The notes: generated by a model from the letters alone, not told the origin. A stretch of DNA of 64,000 nucleotides from Alphaproteobacteria bacterium (GCA_965222575.1 OZ244958.1:928001-992000); one strand, 5' to 3'; positions 33,501 through 44,332 are shown, counted from the stretch's first letter. A program made the numbers and translations.

Positions 33501-35126
33501 TCTTGGTATAAGGAGCTCATAATTAGAGTCATCAATAGCATAATAAAATTGCATCTGACTTAGTCCATCAGTGCCTACTGTTCCAGCAAGACCTCTTAAT
33601 CCTGGTAGACCTACGCCATCTCTTCCTGCTGTTCCGTCTTTGCCTATTGTTCCATCATCACCCTTATCGCCTTTATCACCTACTTTATAAACTCCAGTCC
33701 AAAATACAGCAGTGCTAGGCTTACCACGCCCTATAAGCACCCATTGGGTTTTATTAGCGACAGGATTAGGTAATGTAGATTTCCAATCAGAGGTTGGTGG
33801 TAAGAGAGAACCATCAGAGCCTATTGTCTCTCTATTAGGTTTGCTTGGTGTAGGAGAGTCATCAAAAATACCATAGAAGCGAAATTGCGATAGACCATCT
33901 TGTCCATCATTACCATCCGTTCCATCTTGTCCATCTCTTCCATTAGTACCATCCGTTCCATCTTGTCCATCTCTTCCATTAGTACCATTCCGTCCTGCTG
34001 GTCCTGTAGGTCCTTTTGGTCCTTGTGGTCCTACATCGCCTTTAGCTACAGCACTACCAGGAAGACCTGTAGCTCCTTTCTCACCTTTCTGTCCTCTTGT
34101 AGGGAAAATACTTATCCATCTCACTTTAGACCTTGCCTTACCACTCCCAAACAAAAACCATAATACATAGTTGTTTGGTACAGTAAATCCTACAGTACTA
34201 ACACTTAATTCCCCAGCTAGTACTACTGCTGCCTCCTCTGGGGTTTCTTTCCAGCCTGTCGGAACATCCAAAACACCCTTAGCGTTAATGGGTTCTTGAA
34301 GGGGCTTTGTACAAGGTTGCCCTTCCTCGCAATACTTAAAGTAGACATAGTATCCATTACCATCACCCCAATCCCCTTTTTCTCCCTTTAATCCTGCCTG
34401 AAAAACACTGACCCAATTTACTGCTTTTCCTGCTGTGCCGTACCCCACAAGTGCCCATAGCTTAGTATTCGCTGCAGGACTAGGTATAGTATCACTCCAA
34501 TCCGTTACAGTTGGTAACACACCATCAGCACCAATTGTAGGTGTAGCCGCAGCAGTGTGGTCTGGCGTTGTACCATCAGCAACATTAGCATAGAGAACAT
34601 ATTGCCCTAAACCATCTGCTCCTGGTGTTCCTACTCCTGTTACTCCTCTTTCACCTTGCTTACCCGTCTCCCCCTTATCTCCCTTCTGAATTGGATAAGC
34701 TCCTGACCAATCTACCGCTTCTCCCGGTTTACCATGCCCTATAGCTACCCATAATGTCCTATTCGCTTCCGGGGTAGGGATAGTATCAATCCACTCCTTT
34801 ACTGCCCCTAATGCGCCATCATCGTCTATTGTAGGAGTCGCTATATTATCAGAATTCGGTGTCGTCCCGTCATTCTCAAGCTTGTAACGAATATACTGCC
34901 CTAAGCCATCTTGTCCTACACCATCCTTCCCATCAGTTCCTTTAGGACCCGGTATTAATGTTGCAGATTTTTTAATGTCCGATATTGTCTTTGCTACAGA
35001 GTCTACATTCCCACCCTCTGTTGTTACCTCTGTTGTTTTATCGCCATGCACAACTTGGTGAAATTTTTGTGCATCTGCCTCTGCAGTGGTTACAACTGTG
35101 TTAAGACGATTAGTTATACTACTCAT
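30573..35126 (-). CDS. Tail fibre 1: collagen repeats, 14-aa NTASG repeats, peptidase S74 chaperone
   Basis: GXY runs; (NTASG..AL..NTTG)n; SDERLK plus C-terminal coiled coil. Confidence 0.88.
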   Translation of the reverse strand: MSSITNRLNTVVTTAEADAQKFHQVVHGDKTTEVTTEGGNVDSVAKTISDIKKSATLIPGPKGTDGKDGVGQDGLGQYIRYKLENDGTTPNSDNIATPTIDDDGALGAVKEWIDTIPTPEANRTLWVAIGHGKPGEAVDWSGAYPIQKGDKGETGKQGERGVTGVGTPGADGLGQYVLYANVADGTTPDHTAAATPTIGADGVLPTVTDWSDTIPSPAANTKLWALVGYGTAGKAVNWVSVFQAGLKGEKGDWGDGNGYYVYFKYCEEGQPCTKPLQEPINAKGVLDVPTGWKETPEEAAVVLAGELSVSTVGFTVPNNYVLWFLFGSGKARSKVRWISIFPTRGQKGEKGATGLPGSAVAKGDVGPQGPKGPTGPAGRNGTNGRDGQDGTDGTNGRDGQDGTDGNDGQDGLSQFRFYGIFDDSPTPSKPNRETIGSDGSLLPPTSDWKSTLPNPVANKTQWVLIGRGKPSTAVFWTGVYKVGDKGDKGDDGTIGKDGTAGRDGVGLPGLRGLAGTVGTDGLSQMQFYYAIDDSNYELLIPRTREQINANGVLSQPPLVRVKTLADDSVSDLSDSWSTSVPDKAAGRILYTLVGYGKPNVAIDWAGVYKAEGKDGAKGDVGETGKTGAKGLDGVGASLTDGSVTTDKLADDAVTTDKIDYDAVTTHKIAFKAVTNDKIGYQAVASDEILDHTITNQDLDRNGVSMLEPYKDPLQHPNIILQESGNVVYHLRFYGRVDFDFDNSSTIGEVLPANLNPRGNVKDNLSSFFPSSPAQGQQGQRAKRQSRFTDIPNNQAKMPHNKDYVLINNERIFTFDESLNKVVSDSSPSKEGWGRKPLLRPDQSGHIVVLEGVARKGDYITWTRTYLYNKRDIHRKDIIPSELQEVIHQKEITVPVKFIPPKSSIHFTNEPRYVRRFNKLGCVEYKLFFYGIVNVDFNDDNTVEAVEKKVLDANRLPRENHEGNTDLKRNLEKYDFSLRTAPAKGQQGTGKRRDKRRDTVSDEGTRQAQMPNDFDYVLLEDYQLWTMETGVDPITVTSPEEEGWGTSPKAWDSNPRDSVHHTPIVMVLEGVARMGDYVKWLRVYPYKDRFDYQGLVSKHLLPNSVVAYDNLDIDLKTRIRGSSRGGNYGLLEGEVITSKIADLAVTKSKLASDVLTVARADTYEEHAYGKEDYNNTFLSAENGKANTTGYSNTASGAGALVANTTGDFNTASGAGALVANTTGDFNTASGAGALVANTTGDFNTASGASALSYNTTGFSNTASGRSALFYNTTGSYNTASGRSALLSNTTGSENTASGTSALFYNTIGSYNTASGRSALFYNTTGSSNTASGYRALAANSTGDSNIGIGSGVGTPSYATSNYINIGNVLRGNLRTGNLTLTGTLTQNSDERLKENIADVQDGLDCVKKLRPVKYTRKEIPDPVFEKDKDGHDIIPDPAPQGGQRGSSEVEHGLIAQEVEKVCPDLVGTSEYSEGYKSVDYSRLSVVLLKAVQEQQEQIETLKGENQTLKKRIVALEAQ

Positions 35127-35308
35127 GTCGTTTCCTTTAATGTTTGTTGTTCAAATGTGTGAAATGCCCTAAAGGCATTCCCTAAATCCTCATCTGTTAA
35201 AAGTTTTCCCTTTTCTTCACTTGAAGGTTGTGTATTGCCCCTCCGAGAGCCTCCACCCTACACAAAAAAGAGTAGGGGCTATGAAGGGAAATGAGAAAAT
35301 CTCCAAAA

Positions 35309-38300
35309 TTAATTTTCTAAAGCCACAATCCGCTTTTTCAATGTCTCTATCTGCTCTTGCTGCGTTTTTGTCTGCTCTTGCTGTGTTTTTATCTGATCTT
35401 GCTGTTGCTGTATAGCCTTTAAAAGAACAACTGATAGCCTGCTGTAGTCCACACTCTTATACCCCTCTGAATACTCAGAAGTGCCTACTAGGTCAGGACA
35501 AACCTTTTCTACTTCCTGCGCTATCAAACCATGTTCTACCTCACTAGACCCCCTTTGTCCTCCTTGTGGCGCTGGGTCTGGTATAATGTCATTCCCATCC
35601 TTATCTTTTTCAAATACAGGGTCAGGGATTTCCTTACGAGTAAATGTTATAGGACGAAGCTTTTTAACACAATCAAGACCATCCTGTACATCAGCTATAT
35701 TCTCCTTTAAGCGTTCATCACTGTTTTGCGTTAGTGTGCCTGTTAGAGTTAAGTTACCAGTAGTAAGGTCTCCTGTTAAGACCCTTCCTATGTTAATGTA
35801 ATCATCGGTTCCAGAACTTGGGGTTACTGCACCATCACCTATGCCTATGTTCCTATCCCCTGTGGTGTTGCTCAGTAAGGCACCAGTACCAATTGCCGTG
35901 TTATAATCCCCTGTGGTGTTGTTGAATAAGGCATTGATACCACTTGCGGTGTTAGAATGACCTGTGGTGTTGTTTCCTAGAGCAGCAACCCCAATTGCGA
36001 TGTTATTAGCCCCTGTGGTGTTGTAAAATAAGGCAAAAGTACCACTTGCGGTGTTAGAATACCCTGTGGTGTTGTTTTCTAAGGCAAAAGTACCACTTGC
36101 GGTGTTAGAACTCCCTGTGGTGTTGGCTGCTAAGGCACTAGTACCACTTGCGGTGTTACTATCCCCTGTGGTGTTGGAATATAAGGCACCACGACCACTT
36201 GCGGTGTTAGAATACCCTGTGGTGTTGGCTGCTAAGGCACGAGTACCACTTGCGGTGTTAGAATACCCTGTGGTGTTGGCTGCTAAGGCACTAGTACCAC
36301 TTGCGGTGTTAGAATTCCCTGTGGTGTTGGCTGCTAAGGCACGAGTACCACTTGCGGTGTTATAATACCCTGTGGTGTTGGCTGCTAAGGCACTAGTACC
36401 ACTTGCGGTGTTAGAACTCCCTGTGGTGTTGGCTGCTAAGGCACGAGTACCACTTGCGGTGTTAGAACTCCCTGTGGTGTTGCTTTGTAAGGCACCAGAA
36501 CCACTTGCGGTGTTATAATTCCCTGTGGTGTTGGCTTGTCCGTTCTCTGCCGAAAGAAAAGTATTATTGTAATCTGTTTTTCCATATGCATATTCTTCAA
36601 AGGTATCTGCCCTAGCAACTGTATATACATCAGTCCCTAGTTTTGCCTTTGTAACCGCTCCATCTGCTATCTTGCTAGTCCTTACAGCACTATCCCCTAA
36701 AGCCCCTACAGCAGGGTCACCTCTTTCTCCTTTCTGTCCTGCCTTGTAAACACCAGACCAAGTTATTGTCTCTCCCGCTTTACCACGCCCTAAAAGCACC
36801 CATAAGCTCTCTCCTACAGAAGGACGACCAGGAATATACTTAGTCCACCCGCTTACAGTTGCTAATACGCCATTAGAGCCTATTGACACTGCAGATGGCT
36901 CAGTAGGGGTTTGACCATCAGTTACAAACTTATACCTGAAGTATTGCCCCATACCATGTTGCCCATCTTCCCCAGCCGCACCAGTAAGCCTTACTTGTCC
37001 TCCGCCCCCGCCCCCGCCAAGTTGAACAATAGCATTAGGGTCAAGTTTGGAATATGTTATTGCCCCATCTGCTATTGTATGCTCAGTTGCTTTTCCTTCA
37101 TAATCTTCCCGTTCAAGATATGGATAAGTTCGTGTCCATGTAACATAATCCCCCATTTTTGCTATACCTTCCAAAACCATAATTATAGGAAGGGGAATGA
37201 ACTTATTAGAGGAGGCGGGTGCAATATCAACTGTCCTAAATGGATCTCTACTCCATCCTTCCTCCTGAGGAGAAGATACCATTCTTATGTCATGAGGAAA
37301 ATCCTGAGGAAACCTAGTATCAACAGTCCATAAATTAGAATTCTCTAATAGAACATAATCTTTATTATTAGGCATTTGTGCCTGGATAGGTACTAGTGAA
37401 ATCCTTCTCTTCCTTCTTTTTCCCTGTTGTGCTTGTGCTGGAATAGTGACATCCTTCCATAAATTCAATGCATCCTTTATATCCTCATTATTATTATGAT
37501 TAGTAGTTTTCCTAGGGGAGTAATTAGGCTCTAAAACTTTTTTTTGTGCTTCTGTTATAGTACCTGTAGTATCAAAATCAAAATTTACAATTCCGTAGAA
37601 AATTAACTTATGGTATTCGTTACCAGTTTTATCAAAAGTGATATAAGATGGAACTTCATTATCATAATAGTTGGTTATTCCATTTTCCCAAGGTTCAGCA
37701 TACTTCAAAGGGTTACCAATGTTTTCGTTAATAAAATAATCTAAAAACTCCCCTTTTTTTATGTTTTCCTGGTATAAGAAACCATCATTATAAGAATAAG
37801 TCTTTGTCCATACAATATAATCTCCTTTGTTTGCTACACCCTCTAGGACAACAATGTTTCCTGGTTGGTCATTTCTTAAAAGGGGCTTTCTACCCCAGCC
37901 CTCTTTGGTAGGAGCATCAAAATGTTCTAATTGACCTGTAGTCTCATGAACAGTTGCTATCTTTTCATTATTTATCAAGACATAATCCGCATTATTAGGT
38001 ATTCTTGCCTGATTATCAGGTATGTCAGTGAAGGAGGCTCTAGGCTGTCGACCAAATTCTCCTTGTCTTTTTCCTCTTTGTCCCTGTTGACTTTGTGCTG
38101 GGGAAGACTTAGTACTAGTTAATTCATTTTTCACATCCCCTCTAGGACTATAATGAGCAATCAACACTCTTTTTTCATTACTCTCAATTACACCATCATC
38201 ATCAAAATCAGCATTTATCCTCCCATAAAACCTTAAATGATAAACAACATTACCTCCTTCCTGAAAAGTAGTATTAAGGTTAGCTACTGAGTCTTTATAT

Positions 38301-41300
38301 GGCTCAAGCATAGAAACTTCATTACGATTCAAATCTGTATTAGTAATAGTTCCATCAGTAATTTTGGCACTTGTTATTGCTCCATTAACAATCTTAGCAC
38401 CTGTAACCGCACCATCAGCAAGTTTATCAGTCGTTATAGAACCATCTGTTATAGTAGCAGGGTCTCCCTTTGCTCCATCTTGCCCATCTCTTCCTGGTGC
38501 CCCTGGCGCTCCTTTTGCTCCTGGAGTTCCTGGATTGCCTTGTTGTCCCGTTGGTCCTTGTTGTCCAGCTTGTCCCGGTCTTCCTGGTGTCCCTGGAGTT
38601 CCTGGATTGCCTTGTGGTCCCGTTGGTCCTTGTTGTCCATCTTGTCCCGGGCTTCCTGGTGTTCCTGGATTGCCTTGTTGTCCCGTTGGTCCTTGTTGTC
38701 CAGCTTGTCCAGCTGCCCCTGTAGCCCCTGATGCTCCTATTGCTCCTGTAGCGCCTGTATCGCCTTTTTCTCCTACTTTATAAACCCCAGCCCAAGTTAC
38801 TGTACCAGAAGGTCTACCACGACCCACAAGTATCCATAACCTTTTATTTGCTCCAGAAACAGAAGCCTTAGCTTTCCAACCAGTTGGAGGTGATAAGGTA
38901 CCAGTAGGACTTATTGCATCTTTTGTAGTAGGTACAGGTGGCGTTGTCCCATTATCAACATTAGCATAATAACGAAATTGTCCTAGACCATCTTGTCCAG
39001 CTGCCCCTGTAGCCCCTGATGCTCCTATTGCTCCTGTATCGCCTTTCTCTCCTTTTTCTCCTACTTTATAAACCCCAGCCCAAGTTACTGTACCAGAAGG
39101 TCTACCACGACCCACAAGTATCCATAACCTTTTATTTGCTCCAGAAACAGAAGCCTTAGCTTTCCAACCAGTTGGAGGTGATAAGGTACCAGTAGGACTT
39201 ATTGCATCTTTTGTAGTAGGTACAGGTGGCGTTGTCCCATTATCAACATTAGCATAATAACGAAATTGTCCTAGACCATCCTGTCCCGCTACCCCTTGAG
39301 CCCCTGTATTACCCTGTATTCCTTGTTGTCCATCTGCTCCATCATCACCGTCTCTACCAGCTGCCCCTTTAGCCCCTGGATTACCCTGTACTCCAGTAGT
39401 GCCAGTAGCACCAGTTTCTCCTTTCTCTCCCTTAGTGCCATCACTACCGTCCTGTCCTGGATCGCCTTTAGCTCCTGGATTACCTTGTTGTCCATCTGCT
39501 CCATCATCACCGTCTCTACCAGCTGCCCCTTTAGCCCCTGGATTACCCTGTACTCCAGTAGTGCCAGTAGCACCAGTTTCTCCTTTCTCTCCCTTAGTGC
39601 CATCACTACCGTCCTGTCCTGGATCGCCTTTAGCTCCTGGATTACCTTGTTGTCCCGGCGCTCCATCAGTGCCATCTTGTCCTGTTAGTCCTGTATTACC
39701 CCGTATGCCCTGTATGCCCTGTGCTCCAGTAGTGCCAGTAGCACCAGTTTCTCCTTTCTCTCCCTTAGTGCCATCACTACCGTCCTGTCCTGGATCGCCT
39801 TTAGCTCCTGGATCACCTTGTTGTCCCGGCGCTCCATCAGTGCCATCTTGTCCTGTTAGTCCTGTATTACCCCGTATGCCCTGTATGCCCTGTGCTCCAG
39901 TAGTGCCAGTAGCACCAGTTTCTCCTTTCTCTCCCTTAGTGCCATCACTACCGTCCTGTCCTGGATCGCCTTTAGCTCCTGGATTACCTTGTTGTCCCGG
40001 CGCTCCATCAGTGCCATCTTGTCCTGTTAGTCCTGTATTACCCCGTATGCCCTGTATGCCCTGTGCTCCAGTAGTGCCAGTAGCACCAGTTTCTCCTTTC
40101 TCTCCCTTAGTGCCATCACTACCGTCTCTACCAGCTGCCCCTTTAGCCCCTGGATTACCCTGTATTCCTTGTTGTCCAACTGGACCTTGTTGTCCATCTG
40201 CTCCATCATTACCATCACCACCGTCCTGTCCTGGATCGCCTTTAGCACCTGCCGCCCCATCGTTGCCATCTTGCCCAGATAGTCCTCTTTCTCCCTGAGC
40301 TCCCTGTATACCTTGCGCTCCATCCACTCCGTCTTGTCCATCATTGCCATCTGCTCCACTAAGTCTAGTAATAGCATTAGAATCCAGCTTGTTATATGTT
40401 ATTGTCCCATTAGCAATTTGTCTCGCTGTTATAGACCCGTTAGAGAGATGCCCCCCTGATAGGGTAAAGGGGGTAACTTTAACCCCTGTTACAGCCTTAT
40501 CAGCAATTTTATCAGTAGTTACAGACCCATCTGTTAAAGCTCCTGCCTCCCCCTTATCTCCTTTATCGCCTTTAGCTCCTGGATTACCTTGTTGTCCCGG
40601 CGCTCCAGTCTCTCCTTTAGGTCCTACTGCTCCCTCTAGTCCTTGTAGCCCTTTATCTCCTCCTGCTTTGTAAACCCCAGTCCAAGTCACAGTACCGCCA
40701 ATATACGCCGCACCAGACAAAACCCATAACACCTTGCCAGTTTTTGGGGATGGAATTGTCTTACTCCATCCAGTAGGTAAAACTGGCGGGTGATCCATGC
40801 TGCTAAGGTCACCACTGTTATCTCTATCTATAAAAAGGTTCCTATACCACCATAAGGTATACTTATGATCATTAGGCACAGTAGGCGTTGACCCTTCATC
40901 AAATAGTCCATAATAAAAAATTGCAGAGCCTCCTGCCTCCCCCTTCGTTCTATAGACACCAGCCCAAGATACTGGACTAGACGGCTTGCCATCCCCTACA
41001 AGTACCCATAACGTTTCGCCTCTTTCAGAAGTAAGTACAGTAGAACTCCAATCAGTCGGAGCAGATAACGTACCATCAGAGTCTATTGTAGGTTTTTCAC
41101 TAGGGACAGGTGGCTTTGTTCCATCATCAAAATTCGCATAAAAACGATACTGTCCTAGACCATCCTGTCCCGCTGCTCCATCATTACCATCACCACCGTC
41201 CTGTCCTGGAGCGCCTTTATCCCCTGGATTACCCTGTATTCCTTGTAGTCCTCTATCTCCTTTATCTCCTTTTACTCCTGTTAGGTAAACCCCAGACCAA

Positions 41301-41509
41301 GACACTGCATGAGACGGCTTACCATACCCTACAAGTACCCATAATGTCTTATCTGTTTCAGAAGGAGGTACAGTAACACCCCAATCCCAATCAGTCGGAG
41401 GTATTAACACGCCATCAGCGCCTATCATAGGCGTTGCCGTAGGCACAGGTGGTGTTCTCCCATCATCAAAATTCGCATAAAAACGATACTGTTTATTAAT
41501 TGTACTCAT
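35309..41509 (-). CDS. Tail fibre 2 (long collagen region, S74 chaperone)
   Basis: Probable start MSTINKQ at 41509 with AGGAGA RBS. The in-frame extension to 41641 is a remnant of the upstream tail gene. Internal 300-, 180- and 126-bp duplications. Confidence 0.85.
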   Translation of the reverse strand: MSTINKQYRFYANFDDGRTPPVPTATPMIGADGVLIPPTDWDWGVTVPPSETDKTLWVLVGYGKPSHAVSWSGVYLTGVKGDKGDRGLQGIQGNPGDKGAPGQDGGDGNDGAAGQDGLGQYRFYANFDDGTKPPVPSEKPTIDSDGTLSAPTDWSSTVLTSERGETLWVLVGDGKPSSPVSWAGVYRTKGEAGGSAIFYYGLFDEGSTPTVPNDHKYTLWWYRNLFIDRDNSGDLSSMDHPPVLPTGWSKTIPSPKTGKVLWVLSGAAYIGGTVTWTGVYKAGGDKGLQGLEGAVGPKGETGAPGQQGNPGAKGDKGDKGEAGALTDGSVTTDKIADKAVTGVKVTPFTLSGGHLSNGSITARQIANGTITYNKLDSNAITRLSGADGNDGQDGVDGAQGIQGAQGERGLSGQDGNDGAAGAKGDPGQDGGDGNDGADGQQGPVGQQGIQGNPGAKGAAGRDGSDGTKGEKGETGATGTTGAQGIQGIRGNTGLTGQDGTDGAPGQQGNPGAKGDPGQDGSDGTKGEKGETGATGTTGAQGIQGIRGNTGLTGQDGTDGAPGQQGDPGAKGDPGQDGSDGTKGEKGETGATGTTGAQGIQGIRGNTGLTGQDGTDGAPGQQGNPGAKGDPGQDGSDGTKGEKGETGATGTTGVQGNPGAKGAAGRDGDDGADGQQGNPGAKGDPGQDGSDGTKGEKGETGATGTTGVQGNPGAKGAAGRDGDDGADGQQGIQGNTGAQGVAGQDGLGQFRYYANVDNGTTPPVPTTKDAISPTGTLSPPTGWKAKASVSGANKRLWILVGRGRPSGTVTWAGVYKVGEKGEKGDTGAIGASGATGAAGQDGLGQFRYYANVDNGTTPPVPTTKDAISPTGTLSPPTGWKAKASVSGANKRLWILVGRGRPSGTVTWAGVYKVGEKGDTGATGAIGASGATGAAGQAGQQGPTGQQGNPGTPGSPGQDGQQGPTGPQGNPGTPGTPGRPGQAGQQGPTGQQGNPGTPGAKGAPGAPGRDGQDGAKGDPATITDGSITTDKLADGAVTGAKIVNGAITSAKITDGTITNTDLNRNEVSMLEPYKDSVANLNTTFQEGGNVVYHLRFYGRINADFDDDGVIESNEKRVLIAHYSPRGDVKNELTSTKSSPAQSQQGQRGKRQGEFGRQPRASFTDIPDNQARIPNNADYVLINNEKIATVHETTGQLEHFDAPTKEGWGRKPLLRNDQPGNIVVLEGVANKGDYIVWTKTYSYNDGFLYQENIKKGEFLDYFINENIGNPLKYAEPWENGITNYYDNEVPSYITFDKTGNEYHKLIFYGIVNFDFDTTGTITEAQKKVLEPNYSPRKTTNHNNNEDIKDALNLWKDVTIPAQAQQGKRRKRRISLVPIQAQMPNNKDYVLLENSNLWTVDTRFPQDFPHDIRMVSSPQEEGWSRDPFRTVDIAPASSNKFIPLPIIMVLEGIAKMGDYVTWTRTYPYLEREDYEGKATEHTIADGAITYSKLDPNAIVQLGGGGGGGQVRLTGAAGEDGQHGMGQYFRYKFVTDGQTPTEPSAVSIGSNGVLATVSGWTKYIPGRPSVGESLWVLLGRGKAGETITWSGVYKAGQKGERGDPAVGALGDSAVRTSKIADGAVTKAKLGTDVYTVARADTFEEYAYGKTDYNNTFLSAENGQANTTGNYNTASGSGALQSNTTGSSNTASGTRALAANTTGSSNTASGTSALAANTTGYYNTASGTRALAANTTGNSNTASGTSALAANTTGYSNTASGTRALAANTTGYSNTASGRGALYSNTTGDSNTASGTSALAANTTGSSNTASGTFALENNTTGYSNTASGTFALFYNTTGANNIAIGVAALGNNTTGHSNTASGINALFNNTTGDYNTAIGTGALLSNTTGDRNIGIGDGAVTPSSGTDDYINIGRVLTGDLTTGNLTLTGTLTQNSDERLKENIADVQDGLDCVKKLRPITFTRKEIPDPVFEKDKDGNDIIPDPAPQGGQRGSSEVEHGLIAQEVEKVCPDLVGTSEYSEGYKSVDYSRLSVVLLKAIQQQQDQIKTQQEQTKTQQEQIETLKKRIVALEN

Positions 41510-41833
41510 AATCATCTCCTTTAATGTTTGTTGTTCAAATGTGTGAAATGCCCTAAAGGCATTCCCTAAATCCTCAAAATTCTCATCTGTTAAAAGTTTT
41601 CCCTTTTCTTTCTCCAGAATAGGCCAGTGTAAGACCTTCAACGCTCCAAATAACGCCCATCCCAGCTTTCTGGTGCCTATAATGCTGTAGTTCTAACCCT
41701 CAAAAGGGTGATAGAGAAAGATTCTGCCCCGACCCCTTGATATCACTGCTTGTTGTGTATTGCCCCTCCGAGAGCCTCCACTCCACACAAAAAAGAGTAG
41801 GGGCTATGAAGGGAAATGAGAAAATCTCCAAAA

Positions 41834-44332
41834 TTATGCTTCTAAAGCCACAATGCGTTTTTGTAATGCTTCTATGGTTTCCTGTTGCTCCTGTACAGCC
41901 TTTAAGAGAACAACTGATAGCCTGCTGTAGTCCACACTCTTATACCCCTCTGAATACTCAGAAGTGCCTACTAGGTCAGGACAAACCTTTTCTACTTCCT
42001 GTGCTATCAAACCATGTTCTACCTCACTAGACCCCCTTTGTCCTCCTTGTGGCGCTGGGTCTGGTATAATGTCATTCCCATCCTTATCTTTCGGAAATAC
42101 AGGGTCAGGGATTTCCTTGCGAGTGTATTTAACAGGACGAAGCTTTTTAACACAATCAAGACCATCCTGTACATCAGCTATATTCTCCTTTAAGCGTTCA
42201 TCACTGTATTGCGTTAGTATGCCTGTTAGAGTTAAGTTACCAGTACTAAGGTTTCCTGTTAAGACCCTTCCTATGTTAAGGTAACCATTGCTTGTAGCGC
42301 TTGGGGTTCTAACATTACCTATGCCTATGTTACTATCCCCTGTGGTGTTGGTTAGTAAGGCACCAGTACCACTTGCGGTGTTATAATCCCCTGTGGTGTT
42401 CAAAACTAAGGCACTATCACCACTTGCGGTGTTATTATGCCCTGTGGTGTTGTTGTATAAGGCACCATAACCACTTGCGGTGTTAGAATGCCCTGTGGTG
42501 TTGTTGTATAAGGCACCATAACCACTTGCGGTGTTAGAATGCCCTGTGGTGTTGTTGTATAAGGCCCTAGTACCACTTGCGGTGTTAGAATACCCTGTGG
42601 TGTTGGCTTGTCCGTTTTCTGCTGAAAGAAAAGTATTATTGTAATCTACTTTTCCCTTTACATATTCTTCATATGCATCTGCCCGCGCAACTGTAACGAC
42701 ATCCACCCCTAGTTTTGGCTTTGTAACCGCTCCGTCCGCTATCTTACTAGTCCTTACAGCACTATCCCCTAAAGCCCCTACAGCAGGGTCGCCTCTTTCT
42801 CCTTTTTGTCCTCTTGTAGGGAAGATACTTACCCACCTGACTTTGTCGCTTACCTTACCAGCTCCAAGCAAAAACCATAATACATAATTGTCTGGTACAA
42901 CATAACCATCAACAACTTGTCCTAATGATGTAGCTAAAACCCCTGCCGCTTCTTCCGGGGTTTTTTCCCAATCTGAATAAATTGTCAAAACACCTTTAGC
43001 GTTAATCCTTCCTTCATCGGGTTTTCTACAAGGACTTCCTTCCTCGCAATACTTAAAGTAGACATAATATCCAATACCATCACCCTTATCCCCTTTTTCT
43101 CCCTTTAATCTTGCTTGAAAAACACTGACCCAAGTTACTGCGTTTCCTGCTATACCATATCCTACAAGCCCCCATAAACTTTTATTTGCTGCAGGATTAG
43201 GTATTGTTCCTCTCCAATCCGTTACATATGGTAATATACCATCAGCACCAATTGTAGGTGTAGCCGCAACAGTGTGGTCTGGCGTTGTACCATCATCAAC
43301 ATTAGCATAGAGAATATATTGCCCTAATCCACTATTGCCTATATTACCTTGTTTACCTTTGTCTCCTTTTCTAATTGGGTAAAATCCCGACCATACTACT
43401 ATTTCACCTATCCTTCCTCGCCCTATAAGCATCCATAAAACTTTATTCGCTGACATAGACAGAACGGATTTACTCCAACCTGTTATGGCCGGTAATTCCC
43501 CGTTCGCAGTGATAGTATAATCATCTGTAATTTCGGCTGGCGTATTCCCCTTATCTTCAAGCCTATAAAGAATATACTGATTTAACCCACTTTTCCCGTT
43601 CGTTCCATCAAGACCATTCGTGCCATCGTCTCCTGTCTCGCCTTTTTCTCCCTTTAATCCTGCCTGAAAAACACTGACCCAAGTTACTGCGTTTCCTGCT
43701 GTACCATATCCTACAAGCCCCCATAGCTTAGTATCTGCTACAGGACTAGGTATTGTTACAGTCCAATCCGTTATAACTGGTAACACGCCATCAGCACCAA
43801 TTGTAGGTGTATCCGCAGCAGTGTGGTCTGGCGTTGTACCATCAGAAACATTAGCATAGAGAATATATTGCCCTAAACCATCTAGTCCTGGTGTTCCTAC
43901 TCCTGTTAGTCCTCTTTCACCTTGCTTACCCGTCTCCCCCTTCTGAATTGGATAAGCTCCTGACCAGACTACCGCTTCTGATGCTCTACCATGCCCTATA
44001 GCTACCCATAATGTCCTATTCGCTGCCGGGGCAAGGAGTGTATCACTCCACCCTGTTACAGTCCCTAATACGCCATCTGAGCCTATTGGAGGAGTTGGTA
44101 TGGAAGAACGAGTTGGCGTTGTGCCGTCATTCTCAAGCTTATACCGAATATATTGCCCTAGTCCATCCTGACCAGCCGGAATTTCTGACAGTCTCTTTGC
44201 TACAGAGTCTACATTCCCGCCATCTGTTGTCACCACTTTTGTTTTATCGCCATGCACAACATCGTGAAATATATCCGCATCTGTCTCCGCTTTGGATACA
44301 ACTGTATTAAGACGATTAGTTATATTACTCAT
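41834..44332 (-). CDS. Tail fibre 3 (S74 chaperone)
   Basis: N-terminus paralogous to fibre 1 (MSNITNRLNTVV); near-identical S74 C-terminus. Confidence 0.88.
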   Translation of the reverse strand: MSNITNRLNTVVSKAETDADIFHDVVHGDKTKVVTTDGGNVDSVAKRLSEIPAGQDGLGQYIRYKLENDGTTPTRSSIPTPPIGSDGVLGTVTGWSDTLLAPAANRTLWVAIGHGRASEAVVWSGAYPIQKGETGKQGERGLTGVGTPGLDGLGQYILYANVSDGTTPDHTAADTPTIGADGVLPVITDWTVTIPSPVADTKLWGLVGYGTAGNAVTWVSVFQAGLKGEKGETGDDGTNGLDGTNGKSGLNQYILYRLEDKGNTPAEITDDYTITANGELPAITGWSKSVLSMSANKVLWMLIGRGRIGEIVVWSGFYPIRKGDKGKQGNIGNSGLGQYILYANVDDGTTPDHTVAATPTIGADGILPYVTDWRGTIPNPAANKSLWGLVGYGIAGNAVTWVSVFQARLKGEKGDKGDGIGYYVYFKYCEEGSPCRKPDEGRINAKGVLTIYSDWEKTPEEAAGVLATSLGQVVDGYVVPDNYVLWFLLGAGKVSDKVRWVSIFPTRGQKGERGDPAVGALGDSAVRTSKIADGAVTKPKLGVDVVTVARADAYEEYVKGKVDYNNTFLSAENGQANTTGYSNTASGTRALYNNTTGHSNTASGYGALYNNTTGHSNTASGYGALYNNTTGHNNTASGDSALVLNTTGDYNTASGTGALLTNTTGDSNIGIGNVRTPSATSNGYLNIGRVLTGNLSTGNLTLTGILTQYSDERLKENIADVQDGLDCVKKLRPVKYTRKEIPDPVFPKDKDGNDIIPDPAPQGGQRGSSEVEHGLIAQEVEKVCPDLVGTSEYSEGYKSVDYSRLSVVLLKAVQEQQETIEALQKRIVALEA

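Noticed and set aside
30573-44332. Diversity-generating retroelement or shufflon acting on the tail fibres
   Set aside because: No reverse transcriptase or invertase; the shared C-termini do not show adenine-specific variation; all cassettes are co-oriented.
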